From Octopus bimaculoides (Eukaryota), in contig NC_068988.1 in NCBI RefSeq assembly GCF_001194135.2, positions 41,314,626-41,377,373 on the forward strand: 62,748 nt of DNA. The letters run 5' to 3'. Both the position numbers and the translations under genes were made by a program. This document shows positions 24,401 to 37,300 of the stretch, one piece after another. Under the pieces are notes generated by a model, which was given only the letters and a program-made list of their open reading frames with translations, made no database searches and was not told where the DNA came from. How positions within the stretch are numbered: position 1 is the first letter of the stretch; each line of letters starts with the position of its first letter.

Positions 24401-26538
24401 CTATTCCGCAAATTGCTCACATCTAAACAAGTGATTGGCAATGATTCATTCACCAACATGTTGCAGTCACTGTCTCACAGATATGCTGTTTCCCTTTTTC
24501 TATTTCAATCACTACTGCAACAGCCTTTATGCTCTTTTGAACTAGCTAGCTGTGTCTTACTTCTTGCACTAAACTTTCCTTCCATCTTCAACCCTCTGGA
24601 ATTCTTCCCCTACTCCTGTCCACGTTTTCCTGTAAACATTGACAACATCAGTCTTACTATTCAAGAAGACCATTGTCTCTCTTTACTCATAACTTTAAAA
24701 AAAAAGTGTTTATGCTGACACTTAATATATATTAACATTACTAAAGTATAAGTAAAGCTACATGTGATAGCATAACCATTCTTCCACAGTGACATCTGTC
24801 TCTGATCTTATTCTAGAAGCAAGTGTTATTTTTCTGAATTCACAGGATTTTATGGAAGCTGCTGCAGAAGAGAGACATAAAGATAGGCTGACATGAGCAG
24901 TGTTTGACCTCAGAATTTACTTTGGCAAATAGACATGCAGTTTTCCAGCTAATGATTGAGACTCTGTATCAATAATTCATGACCCCCCACCCCAAAAAAC
25001 TCTCAATTGGCCATGAACAGACAATGTTGGTATATTGCATTGGATTGGATACCTATGTTCAATCCACTAGAGGACAAAGGCTTCAGCATGTTCTCTCCAC
25101 CAACTATGGTCTGATGTAGGGGCCATGAATTTGACCATCAGATCATACTGGTTTGGTGAGCCTAGTCTGCCACTCTGGCTCAAAGTGGCTTGGCAGAGGG
25201 GTGCATTTTTTTTTTATACTCATACCCAGGAGTAATTAAGTCGGTTACTTATTTATTCCCCATTTTAAGAAACACTGCTTTATGTGGTTGCTCAGCTTAC
25301 TATAAATTGTAGTTGTGGTATTTTTCTAATTATCTAGGAAAAAAAGACCCACTGGATAATATAGTGATATTCAGTAATCCCTTGGCTATCGTGGGAGTTA
25401 CATTCCAAAAACCCCTGCAATAGATGAAAATCCACAAAGTAGAAACAGTACTGTACTGTATATTTTTTTATTATTTCTATTATTTGTATGTATTTATTTT
25501 ATTATAAATGCAAAACACCACCACAGAGGAATCGGCGTAAGCTTAAATAATAAACCATGATATGACAAGGGATTACTATAATATCGTAATAAAAAATGAG
25601 ATGGTCATGGCTGGAATGCTTTTGGTCAGACTTCTCCTGACTCAAGACCAAACTGGAATTGATAAAAAAAAAAATAACAAAATAGTTTTTTTTATATCTT
25701 TAATTTTTGTTTGAACTCTTAATTTTTCTCTACCCAGTCAGTTGATCTGAATCTAAATGTTTTGCATGCTTTGAATTGATAATCGTTCAGTTTCTTTACC
25801 TCTAGTTTAACCGAATAAATTCTCTTTCTATCATTACCAGCAACTTGATGCTGCAACTCTGAAGGAACTTCAAGCAGCTTTACAGTTGTTTCTTAACAAA
25901 AAGGAGAAACTTATTCTGGAAACAAAGGTTTGTTCAATCTTGTTTCTTCAACCAGTTCTGTTTATTCGTATCGCCATCTATATTCCCTTTACCCTCCCTT
26001 TTCTCTCCTTTCCTGTGTTAACAAGGAATTTCTAATGAATATTGGCATTAGGAAGGGCATCCGGTCATAGAAACCAAGTTAAGTCCGGTTGGAACCTAGT
26101 GCAGTTTTCTGGCTTACCAGCTCTGGTCAAACCATCCAAGCCATGCTAATGTGGAAAATGGACATTGAACAATGATAATGATGACCTCATTTGGTAATAG
26201 GCTTAACCTGTCACTTTGTTTAACACTACTACCATTTGACTCCTGGGTACCTTTAGCTATGTCCACTGTGTTGCAAGCATCGTGTCAAGATCTTCAGTCT
26301 GAGGACCACTTTTGCATTTGTAATTCTTTTGACCCTCTACTAAGGTTCCCACCATCCATTTCCCGCATAATTCTTTGCATATATTTTTTTAACAATTATT
26401 TATTTATGTTTTTTCTCTTTGCAGGTGGATCCAACAATCATTGGAGGAATGTTGGTAAACATCGGTGACAAATTTGTTGACATGTCTATGTCCACCAAAA
26501 TTAGGACTTACACAAACTTAATCAAGCAAGCAGTATAA
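18386..26538 (+). CDS. ATP5PO: ATP synthase peripheral stalk subunit OSCP (subunit O), spliced; start exon and one internal exon not visible
   Basis: Exons 18386-18430, 19917-20027, [missing, phase 0 to 1], 22330-22389, 24196-24308, 25841-25927, 26425-26538. Motifs [61 protein letters not shown] are diagnostic of OSCP. Confidence 0.95.
19917..20027 (+). CDS. ATP5PO: ATP5PO exon ([17 protein letters not shown]...LTALK)
   Basis: TTGCAG acceptor, 111 nt, GTAAAT donor. Confidence 0.95.
21785..22135 (+). mobile_element. Near full-length tRNA-derived SINE (dominant family)
   Basis: GGTTCAGTCCCACTG B-box-like head, central (TA)(TG) tract, CATGGCCACAGTCAAATGACTGAAACAAGTAAAA tail; more than 10 related copies, e.g. 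36140-36535(-), 39140-39310(-), 41930-42220, 48520-49010(-). Confidence 0.8.
22330..22389 (+). CDS. ATP5PO: ATP5PO exon ([19 protein letters not shown])
   Basis: TTTTCCAG acceptor, 60 nt, phase 1 to 1, GTGAGT donor; joins the next exon in frame as GGA. Confidence 0.85.
24196..24308 (+). CDS. ATP5PO: ATP5PO exon (GALSENGRI...CTVTTAK)
   Basis: TTTCAG acceptor, 113 nt, GTATGT donor. Confidence 0.95.
24400..24720 (+). mobile_element. CR1/L2-like LINE 3' fragment
   Basis: [22 protein letters not shown]...SFELAS, resembling LQPLSHRR.VASLSLFY. Confidence 0.5.
25372..25578. mobile_element. Tigger/pogo-type MITE
   Basis: Imperfect TIR CAGTAATCCCTTG ... CAAGGGATTACT. Confidence 0.6.
25841..25927 (+). 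CDS. ATP5PO: ATP5PO exon ([11 protein letters not shown]...LETK)
   Basis: ACCAG acceptor, 87 nt, GTTTGT donor. Confidence 0.93.
26425..26538 (+). CDS. ATP5PO: ATP5PO terminal exon (VDPTIIGG...KQAV*)
   Basis: TTTGCAG acceptor, 114 nt, TAA at 26536-26538. Confidence 0.95.
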   Translation: MDPTIIGGMLVNIGDKFVDMSMSTKIRTYTNLIKQAV

Positions 26539-26959
26539 TCTTGGGATACAAACATTAGTCCTGTCAAAATATGTTGCTGTGTCTCAGCAGTTTGTCATTT
26601 CGTAGGGTTTCTATTCTTATGAACCTGTAAAACAACTCATTAGAATTAAAAGTTTTAACCTGGAAATCCTTTTTATTTTTATTTTTTGTTGTAATGAATG
26701 TTAAAGTCTGTTTGCAAAGGTCAAAGGCCGCATGCAGTGACAGTAAATTGAAACTGTTACTTAGCTCTCAGCAAATGTTTTATAAGAATCATCAGGCATG
26801 GCTCTGTGGTTAAGAAACTTGCTTGGGAACCAAGTGGTTTCAGGTTCAATCCCACTGTGCAGTAGCTTGGGCGAGTGTCTTCTACTATAATCCAAGTCAA
26901 CCAATTCCTTGTGAGCGAATTCGGTAGATGGAAACTGTGTAGAAGCCCACAAAGGCCAG

Positions 26960-27300
26960 CCCGGCGGTACTGGCAACGGCCATGCCCAAAATGGTGCATT
27001 TCATGTGTCACCCGCACATGAGCCAGTCCAGAGGCACTGGCAACGATCTCGCTCGAAAATCCTACGACGGCCCCGCACAGGAGCCAGTCCAGGGGCACTG
27101 GCAACGATCTCGCTCGAAAAATTTCATGTGTCACCCACACAAGAGCCAGTCCAGGGACACTGGCAACGATCTCGCTCGAAAATCCTACGACAGCCCCGCA
27201 CAAGAGCCAGTCCAGGGGCACTGGCAACAGCCACGCCCAAAATGGTGCATTTCATGTGTCACCCGCACATGAGCCAGTCCAGGGGCACTGGCAACGATCT
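26960..27300 (-). repeat. Modular minisatellite (61-67 bp period) related to the RTE 3'UTR repeats
   Basis: GAGCCAGTCCAGRGRCACTGGCAAC at 27020, 27081, 27143, 27204, 27271 with reused variable modules; reverse complement matches 5870-5960 and 10480-10600. Confidence 0.85.
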
Positions 27301-27352
27301 CTCCTTCAAAACAGGAAATCCAAAATTGAGCATCCATAAGAAATCATAACTC

Positions 27353-28283
27353 TGTAGTGAAACCTCTCTCTCGGGTATTCATTTACAAATAATAACGAAG
27401 CGGCTAACATCTAGCCTTCGGCCTGCTTGGACCCTTGTGTCCATCACCCTGATTGGCTCTTATTTGTGTGGCATTTGTCAACAGTTCTTTTTCGCACCAG
27501 GGTGCATACCGTCCAATCATGGCCTTCTAATAAGGTCAAGTGAGAGAGTATTTCCTGGAGGCCTTGTTTATCTATAAATAAGCTTGCTTCAACCATGCCA
27601 GTTTGTCTCGACTTCAGACCTCTCACAGGTCTGGTCGTTTGACCACACACTAACCAGCCAGTTTCCAGCGATGACGCCAATACCACCGATCTACTGTTTA
27701 CTACAATGTCGTCGCCGGCAGCACCACCACCAGAGTTCACACCAACAACAGTAACTGCGGTTTCATCTCAACACTGTTTGAGTGGATTGTTTCCACCACG
27801 AAGAACAGCCAGAACAACCTGCAAGAATATTCTGTACCAAGCAACTGGTCTACAGCATCAACACTCAACATGTGACACCACAGCTCTGCTCTTCGGCCAC
27901 GACTTCTTGTACAGACATCTTGTGTTCAGGACTCTTATAGTCTCTGTTACAGACTCTTATTCAATGCTCTGTATTTCTTAGCCACACATACACACATATT
28001 GTTGTATACACACTATTGTACACGAAGGCCTGTCTTATTGTGTTACTTGTATTCTCACACACACACATTGTTGTATACATATTCTTTACACGATGGTCCG
28101 TCTTACACATTGTATTGTTTATATTACCGCATGCACGCACACACAGTTCACTATGTTAATAAACCTACTCTCTATATATATCTAACGGTTGTCTCTGTCA
28201 CTCTCTTTCCTTTACTAGTACTTGCTCGCATCTCACATTGCGAACCTTCTTATGTTATATAACATGTTTTTGTGGCGACCGTG
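27353..28283 (+). mobile_element. LTR (about 27353-28264) plus primer-binding site (28273-28283), truncated LTR retrotransposon
   Basis: TG...CA ends; ATTGG 27452, CCAAT 27513, TATAAAT 27573, AATAAA 28158; TGGCGACCGTG 8 nt after the CA; GC/CpG richer than flanks. No second LTR or coding region. Confidence 0.6.
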
Positions 28284-28597
28284 CGACGCGTTAAAAGGAG
28301 CTTTCTCCCATTCGTCGCCATCTCCTTTGTTCGCACGGTCGTTCTTTTAGAACCCTTTCCTCTGGTTGATGCCACAAAACATTGACTAAGAATCAACAGT
28401 TTGATTCCTATATCAACAATTAGTTTAAAATGTAGAAATGTATTCTTCATTTAATCCTAGAATAATCTTACAAAAATAAATAAACATTCAATTACAATTT
28501 AATTGTTTATTTTGTAAATATAAATGATTAAATTTCTTTTTTCATACAGGTATGATTATTTTTCTGTAGGTCCAGAAGGAAAACATTTATCTTCTGT

Positions 28598-28695
28598 TTA
28601 TTTCCATTCATGAATTTGACGTTCTGATACATAATTACCACGTGGTTCTTTAACATTCGGCGGCAGTAAGGCAAGATACACTGGAGTATCAGCAC
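28598..28695 (-). CDS. CBR copy A exon 8 (GADTPVYLALLPP...HEWK*)
   Basis: 98 nt, TAA at 28600-28598. Confidence 0.93.
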
Positions 28696-31600
28696 CTTTA
28701 TTAAAGAGAAATGAAAAGAGAGAGGGAGAGAAAAAATATTTATGACAAAGTTGATATGTTTTAGGGAAAACATAATATATGAAATAGAGTTTATAATATC
28801 TGTTCAATGGGAATGATTCAATCTACCATCATTCCAAGTTTCTTGCTTTCTGCATCTTGTCACCTAAACAAGTGTACAAGGTGAGAAATATGGACTAGCA
28901 ACAGACTAAACCATCAACTTTGAATGAACACCATTACTCAGAGTTATTTAAATCTAATTGCTTACTCCCATCAACTGAATCTATGTTTTGCTGCTATTTT
29001 CTATATTTAAGTACTATTGAATTATTACTGATTCCCCATCCCTTAAAGACTTTTATTATTTCTTCACTCCTAAAGATACCAGAAAAAATGTCTAACAATG
29101 ATATTTGTTCCAGTTCTTTGCATTCTAAGTCTAAATACTACAAAGACCAGTTTTGCTTTTCATCCTTCTAGAGACTGCTTGATTTATCTCCTCTTCCTTT
29201 GAGTTGCGTTGTGATTCTAGTTCCATAGATGTCTTATATTAAATCCCTAATCCATGCTGATTGGTGCATTCAACTAAAAATTAAGCTTTTGTGTAAACCA
29301 GATTAGTAGGTTATCTGGTGGTTGGCTGATTTTTTAAAGTCAATGTTGCAAATGATTAAGGTAATTTGCCTCACATTACCTCAGGTAGGATCCTTGACTC
29401 CTCTTTATTCTTAGTACCATACCCACAGCCTCCAGGCACATGGCCAAAGTGACACACAGCAAAAGGGTCTCCAGAATCATGTAGTTCTAAAGCAAACTTG
29501 TTAACTACACAGCAATGCCCTGTATTTTACACAAACACACTGATCCTCAAAACAAACAAAATTATCAAATAGATGGAAACGCTTACCTTCATCTATAGTT
29601 TTATGGCCTTTGTGGCTTGTCATATCAGTGTCAACATAGCCAGGACAACACTGAAAAAGAGAAGACATATTATTACCATTGTTGTGGCAGAAGACAAAAG
29701 TGGTAGAATGCAGGGAAATAAATATTGTGGAAGTCAGTTCTATTCCTTTATTATGTCCACTGTTCAAATGCTACCCATATCAACTTTGTTTATTATCCTT
29801 CTGGGGTCAATAAAATAAGATATTTGCCTAGTACTGGATTGATAATATCAGCTACACCTCTCTTTTCGAAAACATACTACCTTATGTCTAATTTAGAAAT
29901 TATTAATATTAGTGTTTATCATGGTAGAAGCAGATTCTGTAAAACACTGATTGAAATGCTTTCTAGCTTTTAGTTAAAGTAACTTTACTAAACTGGCCTC
30001 AGTCCTCAGAGATATCTGATCTCATACCCTAACCACTCAAAAACACCTGACTTGTCTCTCCTTCAATGCTTAGGCCCTGCACAAGCCACTATATCAAATT
30101 CTTTTTCAGAATATCTTTCCTGGAGATGCTAACTTGTAACAGTGTAAGTAAAGTATTAATGGCATCAGTTTCATTGGTTTGGAGGGTATGCAAAAAGCCT
30201 TAAGAATTGCCTCTTCAACGAAAACCAGCAAGCAACAAATAGATAAATAAAAATACTTTAAATAAATTATAAAAAATGAAATTGATAATTACCGCATTAA
30301 CAACAATATCTTCCTTTCCTTCGCTGTCAATATCTTTCTGTTGGATTATAGACATAGCAGTTACTCCCATCTTGGAAACACCATATGCTGATGAAGGCCA
30401 ACCTTTTGCAGCATGATCACCATTTTTCACATCACTGATGTAAAAATTTAAAATAAATGAAGTTATGTTGACAGATTAAACATTTAATAATTAAATGTAG
30501 TATTTTGATTATGTAATTTACATAGCGTAATTTATAATAATTTTTTTGTAAATGTAACATAATTAAGATGGTGTAATTAAATATCATATAATCAATCCCA
30601 GTATATCTATCACAGAGTACATGTTGAAAATGTACTCAGTGGCATATTTAACCCTTTCGATACCAACCCAGCTGAAACTGGCTCTGGATCTGTAGCACAA
30701 ATGTCTTGTTTTCATAAGTTTTGCATTAAAATCTTCCACTAAACCTTAGTCACAATTTATGTTCCTAACACTAGCTTTAGGATAACTAAGTTATTTTGTT
30801 GTATTTGTCATACTTAAAATTAACTAAAAGAAACACAGAGCATCTCAAAATAAATACAGTAATGAAAGGGTTAAACTATGGACTCATACCAAATGATACA
30901 CATGGAGTTCTAAATACTGGTTATCTGTTGTGCAATTTAAGTAATAATTTGCACTATATATTTATGTATGTGTGTGTGTGTATATATACATATATATATT
31001 AACACACACACATACACACATCAACAGTTTTGGAAACAATATCAAATGTACAATGAGGATAAACTATAGCTATATATCTCACAGATTTGTTGACAGAAAC
31101 ACATATAGAGTCCCACTCTTTCCGTGTCAGCAGTTTTAGTCAAACAATATAGCCTGAACACAACAATAATGTAAATTGAATGTTGTCTTATAATATTTAT
31201 GATGGAACTGCATAACATCTCCAAGATGAAATTAATACATACGTGACAAACTGAGCCATCAAATTTTCTAGTTGAGGAACAGTCAAGTCTGCAGCAGTAA
31301 ATTTCTCTCTCAGTTCTTTTGAGCATTTCTCAAGTGACATTGTGGAAACCATACTGGAAACATTAACCACTCTAAAACATAAACAAATAAGTTTGACTTT
31401 TTTATAAAAGGTAGAGATAGAACAAGGTTAAGGTATTATTGGTTTGCTGACATTGTGTTTTATAGGTCTCTGATTACTAATCTATTTACTTAGATTTTAA
31501 CACAAAACAATCTTCACTTTAAGACTAAACTACTTCATTTTATTATTTTACTGGTTTCAGTTATTCACCTATGACCATACTGGACCAAAGTTCTCAACAA

Positions 31601-34600
31601 TATAGCTGATTAACATCAGCCCCAAAACTTATTGTATAATGCTTATTTTATCTTGATTAATATCACCTGTAAAACTTATAGCTTGATACTTAGAAGATAT
31701 ATGTATATAACAGAGTGGAGCTTGTACTCAGAATCTAAAGGAATGCAACTAAATACCACAAGATTTTAGATTTTCCAGAAATGAAGACAAGATGTTTGTG
31801 GGAACTCCTGCATGGTGAAGCCCTAATTTTCATAGTTAAAGCAGTCAAAGAATTAGGAGAAAGGTCTAAAGTCAAAGATAAGTTTAGGGCACCAGAAAAT
31901 GAAATAGATCACAACTACTGACAGTGAAGTTGGAAGTAGATAAAAATATACTTAGTATACTGAAAGGGAATCAATAGGAACTTTACACTGTCTACATAGT
32001 TCAGGCTATAGGTACAGTGGGATTAAAGGCAGACTAACAGAAAAGGAAGACTTCATATATAATAGATGTATAGGAGTTGTTATAAGTAATTATTTCAATT
32101 GCTCAGAAAGGAAGGTAGAAGTAGTTGAGAGCTCTAGCTATCTTTGAGACCTATTCAGCCACAGAGGTAAGTGTTGTGAAAGTTTAGCAGTAAGAGTAAG
32201 AGTAGAGTGGGAAAAGTTCAGCTGTTGGCAACAAAAAGCTTCTCTCCCTGAATGGAGGGTATATTGTATGTTAAGACTTATGTATATGATAGCTAAACAT
32301 TGGCATTAACCCCCTAATATATATATGAAGTTTGTAAAGAAGTGAGGCCAGCATATTCTACGAGATGAGTAATATCAGCGTATTATGAATGACTGTTTGT
32401 AGAGAAAAAACTTGGCATTAGAATATCAGCCATAATGTACAGAAAAGATGGTTCCAGTATGGGCATGCCATATATAAGAAGAACACTAACTGGATGTAAA
32501 AATGTCAAATATGCCAGTGGAGGGAGTTTTCAGAAGACTAAAGAACAGGTGAGTAAAAGTAAGAAAGTGGACAGCTCAAAAGGAAACAACAAAGGAATGT
32601 AACAAATGGATAAAGCACTATGTTGTTATGGACCTGTCCAATCACTGACAATTTGGAAAACTAAAGGGGTAATGATGTTGAAGAGTTGCTCAACGTTTTA
32701 TTAACATCATTCACTTTTCATTAAATGAACCACACATCCTATATGTAGAAATATTTATGAGGTGTCTACATGTAAATGAAACAGATGTGACATTGACAGT
32801 GGGATGGGGACCTTGTGTATTTCAGAAAAATTAAATATTGCAGTAGTTCAATTTCTGGTTATATATGTTCGTATTAATGTAGGTTGTTAACCCAAAATAA
32901 CCTTTGCTGCAAGATTAGGTACTATTTTTATATAATTACTTTTGCTAATGAGATTTTATTTAAAGAGTAACAAAATAGATTCTTGATCATGTGCTAGTTC
33001 TTTATTATATGATTTCATTAACTCGGTTTCCAGCCTGAGATAATTATCACAGCAAGTTTAAATTTTTGTTTTAGTATTATGTGTAAAAGGTTACATCACA
33101 TGCTGTGAGGTGCCCAAAAATAATAACCTTCTACACATAGATGAAACAGAAAGATTCAAAGGGAGAGCACTATAAAGACTAGCATAAAGACACCCCCCAC
33201 CACACACCTTCTGCATATATACATGTGTATACATACCTAGCATGAGGACGCAACAGCGGAAAGATTTGTTGACAAACATTCAAAGTTCCAGTGAAGTTAC
33301 ATCTCACTGTCACTTCTGTTTGTTCAGTGAAAGGAGCTGTTGATGCTTGCTAGAATATAAAAAATACAAAATTAATTTGCTGTTAATTCATTAATACTAC
33401 TATTATTACATGGAAAAATGCGAGCAAGAGAAATAATATTCTTAAGAATATAAACATGGAAAAGTACAGGACAAGTTATTACACTTGGAAAAGTTAAGGT
33501 CAAGTTATTATATCTGGTAAAGTACAGAACAACTGTCAGTAATGTGAGGGTTGGCAACGAGTATAGTGAAAAATTCCGGGTAGAAGTAAGGGTTCATCAA
33601 GGATCAGTCCTCAGCTGCCACTTGTTCATTATAGTCCTCTAGGTAATAACAGAAGAATTCAAGATAGGTTGCTTCCGGGAGCTCCTCTATGCTAATGACC
33701 TTGTTCTAATAGCTGAGTCACTACCAGAACTAAAGAAGTTTCAGGTATGGAAGCAAGGTCAAGAATTGAAGGGCCTTAAAGCTAACCTAGCAAAAACCAA
33801 AATCTTTAGTAAGTAGGAAGGCGGACAAATCGCAAATCCCTTTTTGTGTGTGGAAGATGCACAAGTGCAATAAACACCGAAAATGTACAAAAAACAGATT
33901 TCATTACATGCCAGGGGGAAAGACTAGAAGCAGTTGATAGCTTCCACTACCTAGGTGACCAAGTCTGTAGTGGGGGTGGATGCACTGAGAGCATAGCTGC
34001 TAGAATAAGAATAGGCTGAGCAAAGTTCAGAGAGCTCCTTCCTCTGCTGGTAACAAAGGGCCTCTCACTCAGAGTGATAAGTAGACTGTATGATGCCAGT
34101 GTGCAAACAGTCATGCTACATGGCAGTGAAACATAGGCTGTGACTGCTGAGGACATGCATAGGCTTGAAAGAAATGAAGCTAGTATGCTCCACTGGATGT
34201 GTAATGTCAGTGTGCATACACAACAAGTCTACAAAAACTTTGATCACAGGTCAACTTAAAAGAGGCTTGACCTAGAGCTAAACAACAGCAGCAACTAGTA
34301 CAGAAAGGTGGATACTACCTTGTAAGCTATACCAGCATTGTTGACAAGGATATCAAGGCCTCCATAGGTTTCTTTCAAATAGTTTGCAAAAGCAGAAATA
34401 CTTTTAGTGTCTGTGATGTCAAGTTGATGGAATTTGGCCTGACATCCTTCCTTGCTGAGTTCTGCAATAGCTGTTTCCCCACGTCCAGCATCACGAGCTT
34501 GAGAAAATGAGAGAAAGACAGTTGTAAGTTTTAGAGAATTGACAAAATCTACATAATGCACAGTCTAGAGGTAAAGATTAATTTATTCTACAGTTAATTC

Positions 34601-37266
34601 ACATATAATATCCATTCATGTATAATTCTCACTACTAATTATAGACAATGAAACCTCAGTGAAAATATAACTTGTATATAATACAGATTGGTTCTTCTTT
34701 AGAAATAGAAAAATAAAAAGAATTTAGTCAGATTTATTATTATTGTTGTACAAAATCTGAAGACAAAGCAAAAAGTAATTTTGAAAGTGATATTTAAACT
34801 TGATTGGTTTAGGCAATAAAAGGTGTCCAGTAGTGCCTTAAATCACAACCAGTAACTTTTTTGTAATTTTTATCCACCTGAAGATCTAAATCAAGGTTGA
34901 TGCGTCCCAGTTGATGTGTGTTCTTGTTAGCTTTTGATTCTCCTTCAGTACAGTACTTGCCACTCTGACACAAGCCTGGTAACATCTTACATTGTGGTTT
35001 TAGCTATTGTTTCTGTTCTTCATATTTAGCTAGTTTTTTATTGTCTAGTACAAGGGTACTCAAACTTTTCTTTCACCATACCCTGTCATCATGTCAAGAG
35101 ATGTTAGTGTAACCCAATGGGAAGAACATAGTGAAAAATGGTTGGAGACCACTGAACAGGCAACAGAAATGTATTATTTATTACCAATTCAATTTAAACA
35201 GTTCAGATCTTGCTGCAGTCAACTTTGTTTTTCAACCTTCTAAGGTCAGTAAAATAAAATGCTTGTCAAGTACTGGATTTAAAATAATTAATTGCCTCCA
35301 TCTCTCCAAACACAAATTCCCAGCCTTGCACTTTTATTACTTTTAAAGGATATAAATTTCATTAAACTTAGCATTACATTTTTAATAAGATGGATTAACT
35401 AGACTCTTTCTTACAAGTAACTCAATTGTAAGCAATTTTAGAGAGGCACACCAGCATATTATTCTCAAATCCTCGACTGACAGTTTTGCACAAAATTCCT
35501 TTTTTGGTTATACACCTTGCTGAAAACCCTTATTGACAATGATAAGTGAATGGGAATAACTAAAGACTCTCCTCACATTTTCTAGATATACAAGTTGCAT
35601 TAAGTCAGTAATGGTTCCACTGTTTTTACAAACTTCACTCACCAACCACAATTTTTGTGGTATACTCTTAGGAGTGCACATACCCCAGCTTGAGAACAAA
35701 TACAGCAATAATAATAACAATAAACTTACCTGTAGCTATCACATCTCCTTTGAACTTTTTACACAGAGCTCTAACAATGGCATAGCCAATCCCTTTGTTA
35801 CTTCCTGTTACCTGATGAGGAGACAAATTAAAAAAATCATTATATATCTTTGAGATGAGTTCTTGCAAATAAAATTACAATTACATCATGTAATACTAAA
35901 GTATCTGAGCCATCAATAATGACAGAGTTATTGTTGAGAAACATTTCTTAAGTGAACATGAGGAGGCACTAACACACCTTGGCTTTCTGAATTTTCTGTG
36001 TTCCTAACTCTAACCCACATTAGGTCATTTCACAGTGTAGGTTACACATGCTAGAGTAGCATCAAAATTCCTTATGATAGTTGCGATGCCGGGTGAATCA
36101 TCTGAACATATAAACATTAAAACACTAAGACACATTGAAGATACTTGTTTCAGTCATTTGACTGTGGCCATGCTGGAGCACCACCTTTAGTCGAGCAAAT
36201 CGACCCCAGGACTTATTCTTTATAAGCCTAGTACTTATTCTATCGGTCTCTTTTACCGAACCGCTAAGTTACAGGGAGGTAAACACACCACCATCGGTTG
36301 TCAAGCTTTGGTGGGAGGACAAACACAGACACACAAACATATACACATACATATGTATATATACATATATACAATGGGCTTCTTTCAGTTTCTGTCTACC
36401 AAATCCAATCACAAGGCTTTGGTCAACCCAAGGCTATAGTAGAAGACACTTGCCCAAGTTGCCACGCAGTGGGAATGAACCTGGAACCATGTGGTCGGTA
36501 AGCAAGCTACTTACCACACAACCACTCCTGCGCCTGAATGGACTTTTGAATGCAAAAAAAATAAACAAGACAACTCCAGCAAGTAAGTGGAGACCTTGTT
36601 TGAAAATTTAGAGTGTAAGATTTCTTTTGGTCTTAGTTGAAAAAAATCAAATCAAACTTAAGTGACATTGTTCTAAAGTAAGGCAGCAACTTATCTCAAA
36701 AGAACTTTTCAGATTACAATAATGATGGAGAAATCTCATAAATGTTGTGATGCATGACAAATTATGAAAATTTATGATCAAAACACAAGTTAAGCATTAA
36801 GAAAGCAGAATAAATTTTCAAATATAGACAACAAATGGAACTAAAAAGAACTATTGCAGTAAGAAAGTAGAAATGCTATTGGATAATTTAGAAAAGTTCA
36901 GACTGTTTCATTAAGCATTATGAGATCCTTGTAGGTTTTTAGTTGAACAAGTCAACCCCAGAACTTATTTCTTTCAGCCTAGTACTTATTCTATCAGTCT
37001 CTTTTGTCAAAATGGTAAATTATGGGGATGTGAATAAACCAACACTGGTTGTCAAACAGTAGTGGGGGACAAGGGCACACACACATATATAGGTATGTTG
37101 GTGCAAACAGGAAAAAACAGAACTCCAGATATGAGTATATCTATATATTTATATCAATGATTATGTGTTGTTAGCGATTTTGATGGAATTTATATTGCTT
37201 TCATTATTCAAAAATTACATTTGCTCTTCTTTTAACGTAACTATATTTCACAAAAGTAATTTAGCA

Positions 37267-37300
<34 letters not shown>

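Noticed and set aside
18431-26424. Intronic C/D-box snoRNAs in ATP5PO
   Set aside because: TGATGA motifs seen belong to (GAT)n retroelement tails; no C/D pair with a terminal stem was identified by eye.
26960-27300. CRISPR array
   Set aside because: Spacer-like modules are reused rather than unique, match a LINE 3'UTR elsewhere in the window, there are no cas genes, and the context is eukaryotic.
27444-28262. ORFs 27444..27740, 27706..27981, 27999..28262
   Set aside because: They lie within the LTR-like sequence and show no gag or other domain.
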